Assembly (NCBI GenBank): GCA_045654925.1 | Contig: JAZOOI010000024.1 | Location: 1,552-65,551 of the forward strand | DNA length: 64,000 bases | Direction of reading: 5' to 3' | Source: Alistipes sp. | Lineage (GTDB): Bacteria > Bacteroidota > Bacteroidia > Bacteroidales > Rikenellaceae | In this document: positions 18,429 to 27,087 of the stretch, piece by piece | How positions within the stretch are numbered: position 1 is the first letter of the stretch | How the letters are laid out: each line of letters starts with the position of its first letter | The notes under the pieces: generated by a model | The model's input: only the letters and a program-made list of their open reading frames with translations | Told to the model about the DNA's origin: nothing | The model's database searches: none | Translations under genes and position numbers: made by a program

Positions 18429-18447
18429 TAAAGAGGAGGAGAGAACT

Positions 18448-18885
18448 ATGGAAGTAATTCTTATTAAGGACGTAGAGAACTTGGGCTACGCAAACGACAT
18501 CGTTAACGTTCGTCCTGGCTATGCAAACAACTACTTGATTCCTCAGGGTTTCGCTAAGGCTGCTACAGCTTCTGCAAAGAAGGTACTTGCTGAGAACCTT
18601 CGTCAGCGCGCTCACAAGGACGCTAAGATTCTTGCTGATGCTCAGGCTTTGGCTGAGACTATCAACAACCTTCACCTCACTCTTACAGCTAAGGCTGAGG
18701 AGGAGAAGATCTTCGGTGCTATCACCGCTGCTGACCTTGCAGCTGCACTTCAGGAGAAGGGCGTTGAGGTTGACCGCAAGAACATCACTGTTGACTCAGT
18801 TAAGACTCTTGGTGAGTTCGAGGCTGTTGCTAAGCTTCACCGCGAGGTAAAAGCTACTATCAAGTTCGCTGTTGTAGCTGAGTAA
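18448..18885 (+). CDS. rplI: 50S ribosomal protein L9
   Basis: MEVILIKDVENLG...VRPGYANNYLIPQG. Confidence 0.97.
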   Translation: MEVILIKDVENLGYANDIVNVRPGYANNYLIPQGFAKAATASAKKVLAENLRQRAHKDAKILADAQALAETINNLHLTLTAKAEEEKIFGAITAADLAAALQEKGVEVDRKNITVDSVKTLGEFEAVAKLHREVKATIKFAVVAE

Positions 18886-18920
18886 TTTGTTGATAATAGG
18901 CCGTAAGGCATATCAATAGT

Positions 18921-18955
18921 AGGGTTGTCTAACTTATGTTAGGCAACCTTTTTTT
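18921..18955 (+). terminator. Terminator after rplI
   Basis: GGGTTGTCTAAC-TTAT-GTTAGGCAACC-T8. Confidence 0.8.
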
Positions 18956-19122
18956 CTGTTGTATCTCTCCATTATCCTCCACTTTGGCTCTTAGTCGTAA
19001 ACATACTATTTAGAACATTGGCTTAAATGGTGCAATAATTTCATTCTATTGTTCGTTTATTCAAAAATTATGTGTAACTTTGTGCGCTTATGTGCATAAG
19101 CGCCAACACCAAGAGTGAAGCT

Positions 19123-19941
19123 ATGAAACACTATTTAGGCTATATAATTGCATCGGTAGCGATAACCGCTATTGTTGTGTCGTGCAATGTCGTCAACCAG
19201 GCGATCAAGAGCAACGACCCACAATATGCTTATGAGCAGGCACTTGACCTTTATAGCAAGGAGAAGTGGGATCAGGCTTCATCGCTTTTTGAGGCGTGCC
19301 GCCATATCTATCAGGGTTCACCTCGTGAGGATTCTTTGGCCTACTATAATGCACACTGTAAGTTCAAGCAGCATAAGTGGGATGAGGCAGCATCGCTTCT
19401 CGATGAGCATCGTCGTCGCTTTGGTCGTAGCCCATTTATCGAGGATGTCGAGGGTATGTATGCGTTGTGCTACTACCATATGTCTCCCATGCCAGAGCGT
19501 GATCAGAGTGTGACAGCCCAGGCTATTATTGCCATCACGGAGTTCATGTCGCGCTATCCCGACTCGCAGTGGATGCCACAGTTCACCGAGATGCTTGTTG
19601 AGTTGAAGGGTCGACTCATGGAGAAGAGCTATATGAATGCTTACACCTACTATAAGATTGGTCGCTATAAGTCGGCTATCGTAGCGTTCAAGAATGCTAT
19701 CAAGGAGTATCCCGAGACACCTCGTGCCGAGGATATACGCTACTACACCACTGTGTCGGCATATCGCCTTGCGGAGAACTCTATCGAGAGCAAGCAGCTT
19801 GACCGTTATCTCGATATGCTCGACCACTACTACACATTCCTTGCGGAGTATCCCGAGTCGAAGCATGTTAAGGAGTTGGAGCGTATGGCAAAGAGCGCTC
19901 GTAACTTTATAGATAAGAATCGCACAACAGATAATGAGTAG
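19123..19941 (+). CDS. bamD: Outer membrane protein assembly factor BamD
   Basis: Lipobox VVSC, TPR helices, DQSVTAQAI, YYKIGRYKSAIVAF; bamD-rpoZ-coaBC synteny. Confidence 0.88.
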   Translation: MKHYLGYIIASVAITAIVVSCNVVNQAIKSNDPQYAYEQALDLYSKEKWDQASSLFEACRHIYQGSPREDSLAYYNAHCKFKQHKWDEAASLLDEHRRRFGRSPFIEDVEGMYALCYYHMSPMPERDQSVTAQAIIAITEFMSRYPDSQWMPQFTEMLVELKGRLMEKSYMNAYTYYKIGRYKSAIVAFKNAIKEYPETPRAEDIRYYTTVSAYRLAENSIESKQLDRYLDMLDHYYTFLAEYPESKHVKELERMAKSARNFIDKNRTTDNE

Positions 19942-19964
19942 AAACAAATAAACACTATATAATC

Positions 19965-20282
19965 ATGGAGATTAAAAAGACTGTTCCAAGCAACACTATT
20001 ACTCGTAAGTTGGTAGACCTTGATACCCCTACAGGTAATATCTACGAGTCAATCAACATCATTGCGCGTCGTGCAAACCAGATTGCTACCGAGCTTAAGA
20101 CCGAGCTCAACCGCAAGCTTGCAGACTTCTCGTCACCTACCGATAGCTCTGTAGAGGAGACTTTTGAGAACCGCGAGCAGATTGAGATTTCGCGCTACTA
20201 CGAGCGTCTTCCAAAGCCCGTAATCATTGCTACTGAGGAGTTCCTCGATGGTGAGGTATACTATCGTCACGGCGATAAGTAG
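19965..20282 (+). CDS. rpoZ: RNA polymerase omega subunit (Bacteroidetes type)
   Basis: TGNIYESINIIARRANQI...ENREQIEISRYYERLPKP. Confidence 0.88.
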   Translation: MEIKKTVPSNTITRKLVDLDTPTGNIYESINIIARRANQIATELKTELNRKLADFSSPTDSSVEETFENREQIEISRYYERLPKPVIIATEEFLDGEVYYRHGDK

Positions 20283-20322
20283 TATAGGGCGACATTGTCG
20301 CACACACGATTAAGAGTTAATT

Positions 20323-21522
20323 ATGCTTAACGGAAAGCACATAATACTCGGAATAACAGGCAGCATAGCAGCATATAAGGCTGCTATGCTGTGCCGTCTT
20401 TTAGTGAAGGAGGGCGCCGAGGTGAGGGTCATCATGACACCTCTTGCAAAGCAGTTTATCACACCTCTTACGATGGCAACGCTATCGAAGCACCCAATCC
20501 TCGTGGAGTTCTTCAATCCCGAGAATGGCGAGTGGAACTCTCATGTCTCATTGGGTGAGTGGGCCGATATGCTTCTCATAGCTCCAGCTACAGCCAATAC
20601 CATCGCTAAGATGACCACCGGTATTGCTGACAATCTATTGCTCACAACCTACCTTTCGGCACGCTCTAAGGTGGCTGTTGCTCCAGCTATGGATCTCGAT
20701 ATGTATGCTCATATCACCACACAGCAGAACCTTGCAACGTTGGCCGAGCGCGGCGTGAGCATCATCGAGCCCGCTGCCGGTGAGCTTGCAAGTGGCCTTG
20801 TTGGTAAGGGCCGCATGGCTGAGCCCGAGGATATTGTCGAGCAGGTGAAGGCTATCTTTGGTGGCGACGAAAAAAAAAAGAGCTTAGAGGGTAAGAGCTA
20901 TATTGTCACTGCGGGTGCCACTATCGAGCCTATAGACCCGGTGCGTTATATCACTAACCACTCGACAGGTAAGATGGGTTATGCCATAGCCGAGGAGCTG
21001 GCCTTGCGAGGCGCTTGTGTTAAGCTTATCTCGGGTCGTACAGCCCTTGCTACGCCTAAGGGCGTTGAGCGCATCGATGTCCTCTCGGCTGAGGATATGT
21101 ACAATGCTGCTGTTCGAGAGTGGGCGAGTGCCGATGGCGGTGTTATGTGCGCTGCTGTTGCCGACTACACTCCTATGAGTGTTGCTGACCGCAAGCTCAA
21201 GAAGTCGGATGACGATATGTCTATCCAGCTACGCCGTACTAAGGATATTGCCAAGGAACTTGGCGCAACTAAGGGCGAGCGTGTCCTGGTTGGTTTTGCT
21301 CTTGAGACCGACAACGAGGAGGCTAATGCCGAGGGTAAGCTGCAGCGCAAGAACTTCGACTTTGTGGTGCTTAACTCGTTGCAGGATAAGGGTGCTGGCT
21401 TCCGTGGCGATACCAATAAGGTGACTCTCATCGACCGTGTGGGTCATGAGGAGCACCCATTGATGTCTAAGCGCGAGGTGGCGGCCATCATTGTTGATAA
21501 AATTGAGAAGATAAAGAGATAA
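20323..21522 (+). CDS. coaBC: Bifunctional phosphopantothenoylcysteine decarboxylase/synthetase
   Basis: GITGSIAAYKA, APATANTIAK, PAMDLDM, GKGRMAEP, DPVRYITNHSTGKMG, AAVADY, VGFALET. Confidence 0.96.
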   Translation: MLNGKHIILGITGSIAAYKAAMLCRLLVKEGAEVRVIMTPLAKQFITPLTMATLSKHPILVEFFNPENGEWNSHVSLGEWADMLLIAPATANTIAKMTTGIADNLLLTTYLSARSKVAVAPAMDLDMYAHITTQQNLATLAERGVSIIEPAAGELASGLVGKGRMAEPEDIVEQVKAIFGGDEKKKSLEGKSYIVTAGATIEPIDPVRYITNHSTGKMGYAIAEELALRGACVKLISGRTALATPKGVERIDVLSAEDMYNAAVREWASADGGVMCAAVADYTPMSVADRKLKKSDDDMSIQLRRTKDIAKELGATKGERVLVGFALETDNEEANAEGKLQRKNFDFVVLNSLQDKGAGFRGDTNKVTLIDRVGHEEHPLMSKREVAAIIVDKIEKIKR

Positions 21523-21525
21523 CAG

Positions 21526-23166
21526 ATGCTAAAGAGCCTAACGATAGAGAACTATGCCCTTATCGACTCACTCTCTGTGGAGTGGGACGAGCACCTTAAT
21601 ATCATTACTGGTGAGACGGGTGCTGGTAAGTCTATTTTGCTTGGTGCCCTGGGATTATTGCTTGGTGCCAAGAATGAGGGTATGGCCACCAAGGACTTGG
21701 AGCGCAACTGCGTTATTGAGGCGGTGTTCAATATCGAGGGTCTTGGCTTGAACTCTCTGTTCGAGGATAACGACCTCGACTACGAGCCGGAGATTACCAT
21801 ACGCCGTATTATCACCCCTGCGGGTAAGAGTCGTGCTTTTGTTGGCGATATGCCTGTGCAACTAGCTACCCTCAAGGAGCTTGGCTCACGTCTTGTGGAT
21901 ATTCACTCTCAACATCAAAACCTCATCCTTGCGTCGGAGGAGTTTAGGGTCTCAACCCTTGATACTCTTGCCGATAACGCCTCGCTTCTCGAGGAGTACT
22001 CATCGCTCATCGCCGCGCTTGGTGCTTTGCGTACGGAGCATCGTAGGATGATGCAGGATATGGAGGCAGCACGCCGTGATGAGGAGTGGTTGCGATATAC
22101 CGTTGAGGAGTTCCGCGCGGCAAAACTCAAGGAGGGGGAGCAGGCTGAGACGGAGCAGATGTTGGCAGTCTTGGAGAGTGCCGATAATATAAATGCCGCA
22201 CTCACCACATTGCGTAATACGCTCGATGATGAGGAACTTGGTGTCTTGGTGTCGCTCGGTCGCTCGGAGCGAGAGTTACAAAATATTGGCGATTGCTACT
22301 CTGTGGGTGCGACTATTGCCGAGCGCCTAAAGTCTGTTGTTGCCGAGTTGAAGGATATCAGCGCAACGGCTGCCGAGGAGGTCGAGAAGTTGGATGCCGA
22401 CCCCGAGAAGCTACAGCGACTTAGCGATAGACTAAATACGATATATTCGTTGGAGATGAAGCATCGTGCTGAGTCGTACGACGACCTGCTGAGAATGGGT
22501 GCTGAGTTTGAGACTCGTCTCGCAACGATTGATAATAGCGATAGTGCCCTACGTGAGCTTGAAGAGCGTATCTCGGCACTTGAGGGTGAGTGTAGGGTGG
22601 TTGCCGAGCGCATTCGTAAGGCGCGCCAGGGTATTGCGCCACAGCTCGAGAACCATATTATCGACACACTTTCTAAACTCGGCATGGAGGGTACAAGGTT
22701 TGTCGTTGAGATTGCACCCACGGAGCAGTTTCTGCCTACGGGTATGGATAATGTCACCTATATGTTCAGCGCTAATGCCACCACAAAGATGGCGGCTGTT
22801 GAGCGTATAGCCTCTGGTGGTGAGCTCTCGCGTATAATGCTGGCTATCAAGTCTATGCTTGCTAAGAAGAGCGCTTTGCCTACGGTTATCTTCGATGAGA
22901 TTGATACTGGCGTGTCTGGCCGCATTGCCGATGCTATGGGAGATATCATTGCCTCTTTGTCATCAACCATGCAGGTTGTGGATATCACCCACCTGCCACA
23001 GGTAGCATCTAAGCCTGGTGCCCATTTTGTGGTCTACAAGAGCGAGGGACATACCAACATACGCCGCTTGGATAAGGCAGAGCGTGTCGATGAGATTGCA
23101 AAGATGCTCTCCGGAAGTGAAATTTCGGATGCAGCACGCAAACAAGCAAAAATCCTCTTGGGCTAA
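21526..23166 (+). CDS. recN: DNA repair protein RecN
   Basis: TGETGAGKS, DIHSQH, ASGGELSR, FDEIDTGVSG, ITHLPQVA. Confidence 0.96.
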   Translation: MLKSLTIENYALIDSLSVEWDEHLNIITGETGAGKSILLGALGLLLGAKNEGMATKDLERNCVIEAVFNIEGLGLNSLFEDNDLDYEPEITIRRIITPAGKSRAFVGDMPVQLATLKELGSRLVDIHSQHQNLILASEEFRVSTLDTLADNASLLEEYSSLIAALGALRTEHRRMMQDMEAARRDEEWLRYTVEEFRAAKLKEGEQAETEQMLAVLESADNINAALTTLRNTLDDEELGVLVSLGRSERELQNIGDCYSVGATIAERLKSVVAELKDISATAAEEVEKLDADPEKLQRLSDRLNTIYSLEMKHRAESYDDLLRMGAEFETRLATIDNSDSALRELEERISALEGECRVVAERIRKARQGIAPQLENHIIDTLSKLGMEGTRFVVEIAPTEQFLPTGMDNVTYMFSANATTKMAAVERIASGGELSRIMLAIKSMLAKKSALPTVIFDEIDTGVSGRIADAMGDIIASLSSTMQVVDITHLPQVASKPGAHFVVYKSEGHTNIRRLDKAERVDEIAKMLSGSEISDAARKQAKILLG

Positions 23167-23181
23167 CCCAAGAGGATTTTT
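23149..23181. terminator. Bidirectional terminator between convergent recN and tsaB
   Basis: AAAATCCTCTTGGG-CTAA-CCCAAGAGGATTTT perfect stem overlapping the recN stop. Confidence 0.75.
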
Positions 23182-23205
23182 AGTTTATGGTCTATATGCT
23201 CAAAC

Positions 23206-23916
23206 CTACAATAGTTTTTTCTTTGACGGTATTACCAAGAACTCCTTGAGGTAGAATGGCTCAAAGTAGGCGAGGTCCTCGAACTTACCCGCTGCAAAGG
23301 CCTCCTCGGCAAGACGTACAATGCCGCGTGCCGATGGAGCTACACTTACAAACTTGGCATCAGCAATCACCTCGGTGCACTTCTTAGCTCCGTTACCAAA
23401 GATAATGAAGGTGTGGCCATCGCGCCACTGGCGATAGCTCTCCTCGGTTACTATCTCGGCGACAACCTCTGATTGTGCACAACCCTCGGTGTTGAATATC
23501 TGCGAGTATACCTCCATGCGACGTGCATCAACCATGGGGCATAGGTTAGCATTTGCCCACTCTTCATCCTCAATATCCAATATTCCAGCGTCGTAGTCCT
23601 CGCGTGCCACCTCGGTTAGTGCATCGAGAGAGCCTATGGCGATAAGAGGAATGTTGAGTGCGTAGCACATGCCCTTGGCAAACGAGACGCCTATGCGCAA
23701 TCCTGTGTATGAGCCGGGACCCTTGCCTATGGCTATGGCGTCGAGGTCTGTGGGCTGCACGCCTGTCTCCTTGAGTAGCTCATCTACGAAGAGGGCTACC
23801 TTCTTGGCGTGGTCGCGTCCCTCGTCGCTCTCGCGTAGTGCCATGAGCTCACCATCGTTGGCGAGGGCAACGGAACATATATCTGTTCCTGTCTCTATTG
23901 ATAATATGAGTGCCAT
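23206..23916 (-). CDS. tsaB: tRNA t6A biosynthesis protein TsaB
   Basis: ILSIETGT, GKGPGSYTGLRIG, DARRMEVY, EPFYLK. Confidence 0.95.
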   Translation of the reverse strand: MALILSIETGTDICSVALANDGELMALRESDEGRDHAKKVALFVDELLKETGVQPTDLDAIAIGKGPGSYTGLRIGVSFAKGMCYALNIPLIAIGSLDALTEVAREDYDAGILDIEDEEWANANLCPMVDARRMEVYSQIFNTEGCAQSEVVAEIVTEESYRQWRDGHTFIIFGNGAKKCTEVIADAKFVSVAPSARGIVRLAEEAFAAGKFEDLAYFEPFYLKEFLVIPSKKKLL

Positions 23917-23920
23917 ATCG

Positions 23921-24382
23921 TTATCTATTGTGTTTCATTGCTTTGTCCATCTCTCGCTTGGCGTCGTTCTCCTTGATATACTCACGTTTGTCGAACGACT
24001 TACGACCGCGTGCAAGGCCTATTGCCACCTTCGCAAGACCTCTATCGTTGAGGAATAGACGAAGACCCACAACAGTGAGACCTCTATCCTGCAGCGAGCG
24101 TTGTAACTTGTTGAGCTCCTTGCGGTTTAGTAGAAGCTTTCGGTCGCGCTTAGGGATGTGGTTGTTGCATGTTCCCCATGTGTACTCCGCAATATTGACG
24201 TTGCGTATCCATAACTCGTTACGCTCAAAGTAGCAGTATGAGTCCACGAGCGACGCCTTACCCAGGCGCAACGACTTTATCTCGGTGCCAACAAGCACGA
24301 TGCCTGCGACATACTCCTCGATAATCTCATAGTCGAAGGTGGCGCGCTTGTTACGTATATTTACATTTTTATAATCTGCCAT
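23921..24382 (-). CDS. smpB: SsrA-binding protein
   Basis: [36 protein letters not shown]; an alternative start at 24400 is possible. Confidence 0.96.
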   Translation of the reverse strand: MADYKNVNIRNKRATFDYEIIEEYVAGIVLVGTEIKSLRLGKASLVDSYCYFERNELWIRNVNIAEYTWGTCNNHIPKRDRKLLLNRKELNKLQRSLQDRGLTVVGLRLFLNDRGLAKVAIGLARGRKSFDKREYIKENDAKREMDKAMKHNR

Positions 24383-24412
24383 ATCTAAATTTTTTACCAT
24401 CTAAACACCTCT

Positions 24413-24427
24413 CGGCATAGCTTTTGC
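24413..24427 (+). promoter_or_regulatory. Sigma-54-type -24/-12 promoter motif
   Basis: CGGCATAGCTTTTGC: GG at 24414-15 and GC at 24426-27, matching the YGGCAY-N5-TTGC spacing. Confidence 0.55.
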
Positions 24428-24438
24428 CTTGGTAGAGG

Positions 24439-24568
24439 TAGGTGGACTCGGATAAAGGTAACTAATTCTTTTATCTTTGATATGTTTTACACATCTTTTA
24501 AGTTTATTTTCTGTTTGCACACCGCCTCAGCGTAGTGATTACGCGGGCATCCGGGTTCACCCCTTTTT
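24439..24568 (+). ncRNA. Candidate small RNA between smpB and dnaG
   Basis: Sigma54-like promoter, U-rich 5' part, GC-rich structured 3' part (GCGTAGTGATTACGC; GGGTTCACCC) ending in T5; no ORF. Confidence 0.45.
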
Positions 24569-24572
24569 ATCG

Positions 24573-26570
24573 CTAAATCAGTTGCCCTGTCTTATGAGCT
24601 ATCTCCACACGTGCCTTGTGATACTTCGTTGTGAGCGATAGTATTCGTTGCATCTCCTCGTCGCTAAGGTTCTCGTCATTCAGCTTTGCCGATAGTTCTG
24701 CGCTGAGCATGTCTAGCGTGCGTAGCTTGTAGAGCATCATCGCCTTGGGTACAGCCTCGGCAAGTAGCTCGGCGTCGCTCTCTATGTGGATATCCTTCTG
24801 CTCCCATATCTTGCTGATGACATAGTTGTCATCCGACGTAAGCAGGTCGATGACGGTGCTGCATACATCGGGGTTGTGGTGATTGACAAAGGTGTGCGTC
24901 GGCACCTCCACACCCTCGCCTAACTGCTCCCATAGTTCGCGATAGGCATTGCATATCTCAGAATATATCGGATGTCTAAAGCTAAGACCATCGGCGTCGA
25001 GCTCATCGAATATGTAGCTCGCAACGTTGAACGTTAGCACCTCGCGCTCCTCAGTAATATCAAAGTTTATATGTCCCGACTTAAGCAAATACTTTGCAAG
25101 GTCTCGCTCTAGTGTCTCTATTGTCGTGCCACCCACCAATGTCTGCTGAGGTATGCCGACACTATCTTGTATTGGCCCATGTAGGGTATGTGTCGTTGCT
25201 TGTTGCTGCTCGCGGCGTAGCTGACGGCCGATGAACTCTTGTGCCTCGCGGTTACCTGCAATGCCATCCTTGCGACGTGCCACATCGGCAGCCAATATTT
25301 GCTCATCAACAGACATGATGCCCGCACAATACTTTATATACTCTGCGCGCTTTATGGTGTCTGGTATTAGTGATATCGACTCGACCATATCCTTTATGGC
25401 TGTTGTACGCTGTTGTGGGTCATTGGTGGCCTCACTGAGCAACAATTGCGCCTTGAAGGCGAGGAAATCCTGTGCATTCTTATCTATATACTCACGAAGC
25501 TGCTCCGAGGTATTCGTGCGTGCAAAGGTGTCGGGGTCGTGCTCCTCTGGGAGAAGAACTATGCGCACGTTCATATCCTCCTTGAGGATGATGTCCACAC
25601 CACGCAATGCAGCCTTGACGCCTGCAGCATCGCCATCGAACATGAGTGTTATGTTGCGCGTAAAGCGGCTAATGAGACGTATCTGCTCCTCGGTGAGCGA
25701 GGTGCCCGACGAGGCGACGACATTCTCCACACCCGCCTGGTGCATAGATATGACATCGGCATAGCCCTCTACAAGGATTGCGTTGTCGGCCAGCTGTATT
25801 GCCTTCTTTGCAAAGTAGAGACCATAGAGCTCGCGGCGTTTGTTGTATATCTCGCTCTCGGGTGAGTTCTGATACTTCGCCACCTTCTTGTCGGTGCGTA
25901 GTGTGCGACCACCAAAGCCTACGACGCGTCCCGAGATGTTGTGTATTGGGAACATCACACGATCGTAGAACCTATCGCGTAGTGCACCATCTGTCTCTCG
26001 CTTTATGCTCAGACCTGTCGATAATAGGAACTCCTCTTTGTAGCCTGCCGAGCGAGCATCTGCCGAGAACTGGTCGTTGCGCGAGGGGCAGAAGCCGAGA
26101 CCAAACTTGTGTATTGTGGCATCACTGAAGCCTCGTGCCGAGGAGAAGTAGCTTAGACCTACGCTGCGGCCCTCTGCCTCGTTGAACATATAGCGCTGGA
26201 AGTACTCCGCTGCCCATCCGTTTAGGGTGAACATACTCTCACGGTTGTTGTTGCGCTCTATCTCCTCATCGCTCATTGCCTCCTCCTTTACCTCGATGCC
26301 GTAGCGCTTGGCGATCATGCGCAGTGCCTCGGGGTAGGTGGCATTCTCGCTCTCCATGACAAAGTTTATGGCGTTGCCACTCTTTCCGCAACCGAAGCAT
26401 TTGTATATACCTCGTGCTGGTGATACTTTGAACGAAGGGGTCTTCTCCTGGTGGAAAGGACAGCATGCTTCGTAGTTCACACCCTTGCGTTTGAGCGTGA
26501 CATAGTCACCAACAATATCTACGATATTGGCGGCAGCGTATATCCTATCTATGGTTTCGCGATCAATCAT
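24573..26570 (-). CDS. dnaG: DNA primase
   Basis: Start MIDRETIDRI; CPFHQEKTPSF...CFGC Zn finger, GFGGR, KYQNSPES, VEGYADV, FDGDAAG, HDPD. Confidence 0.97.
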   Translation of the reverse strand: MIDRETIDRIYAAANIVDIVGDYVTLKRKGVNYEACCPFHQEKTPSFKVSPARGIYKCFGCGKSGNAINFVMESENATYPEALRMIAKRYGIEVKEEAMSDEEIERNNNRESMFTLNGWAAEYFQRYMFNEAEGRSVGLSYFSSARGFSDATIHKFGLGFCPSRNDQFSADARSAGYKEEFLLSTGLSIKRETDGALRDRFYDRVMFPIHNISGRVVGFGGRTLRTDKKVAKYQNSPESEIYNKRRELYGLYFAKKAIQLADNAILVEGYADVISMHQAGVENVVASSGTSLTEEQIRLISRFTRNITLMFDGDAAGVKAALRGVDIILKEDMNVRIVLLPEEHDPDTFARTNTSEQLREYIDKNAQDFLAFKAQLLLSEATNDPQQRTTAIKDMVESISLIPDTIKRAEYIKYCAGIMSVDEQILAADVARRKDGIAGNREAQEFIGRQLRREQQQATTHTLHGPIQDSVGIPQQTLVGGTTIETLERDLAKYLLKSGHINFDITEEREVLTFNVASYIFDELDADGLSFRHPIYSEICNAYRELWEQLGEGVEVPTHTFVNHHNPDVCSTVIDLLTSDDNYVISKIWEQKDIHIESDAELLAEAVPKAMMLYKLRTLDMLSAELSAKLNDENLSDEEMQRILSLTTKYHKARVEIAHKTGQLI

Positions 26571-26756
26571 AAGGGCAAAGGTAGCAAAAAAAGCTGAAAC
26601 AAGAAGTGCAAACTTGGGAAAATATGACGAGCTGCTGTTTTGAGGGGCGGAAAGTGTCATATTGCCACGATAAATAATGGCACATCCTCCCGAGGAGGAA
26701 CAAGCACAAGAACTGATATGGCGACTGCCACACCGTGGAATCTAATTTGCAGTTGG

Positions 26757-26822
26757 TTAGTGGAATTAGGGAATTTAGAGAAATTATGGAGGATAGTGAT
26801 GGCTCCTCCTTAAACTCCTTAT
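26757..26822. repeat. 9-bp-periodic hairpin copy (degenerate)
   Basis: ttagtggaattagggaatttagagaaattatggagg ... cctccttaaactcctta. Confidence 0.7.
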
Positions 26823-27020
26823 ACAAAAAAACAGTGGGCATTTACCATGCCTGCAGAAGTGATCAAATGAATTAACTACGCTTCTATTCTTCGCCATGAC
26901 TGTGGGTTTATTGTCACTTCGCACCGCCATAGCGTGGGTATTATTTTTAATACCCGTGTGGTTTTGAGATTTACCTTTTGGGGAGTGGATGTGCCCCCAT
27001 CCTTTACGCGACTTGTGCAA

Positions 27021-27065
27021 AAATAAGGTGCATGACTAACCGATTGTTAGTCATGCACGGCTTTA
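27021..27065. terminator. Terminator after Ser/Thr kinase
   Basis: GTGCATGACTAAC-CGATT-GTTAGTCATGCAC perfect 13-bp stem with A/T flanks. Confidence 0.75.
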
Positions 27066-27087
27066 TATTCGTTGTTATCTCAATAGT

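Noticed and set aside
24400-24570. tmRNA next to smpB or 6S RNA
   Set aside because: Too short for tmRNA with no tRNA-like ends, and no long 6S-type duplex is evident.
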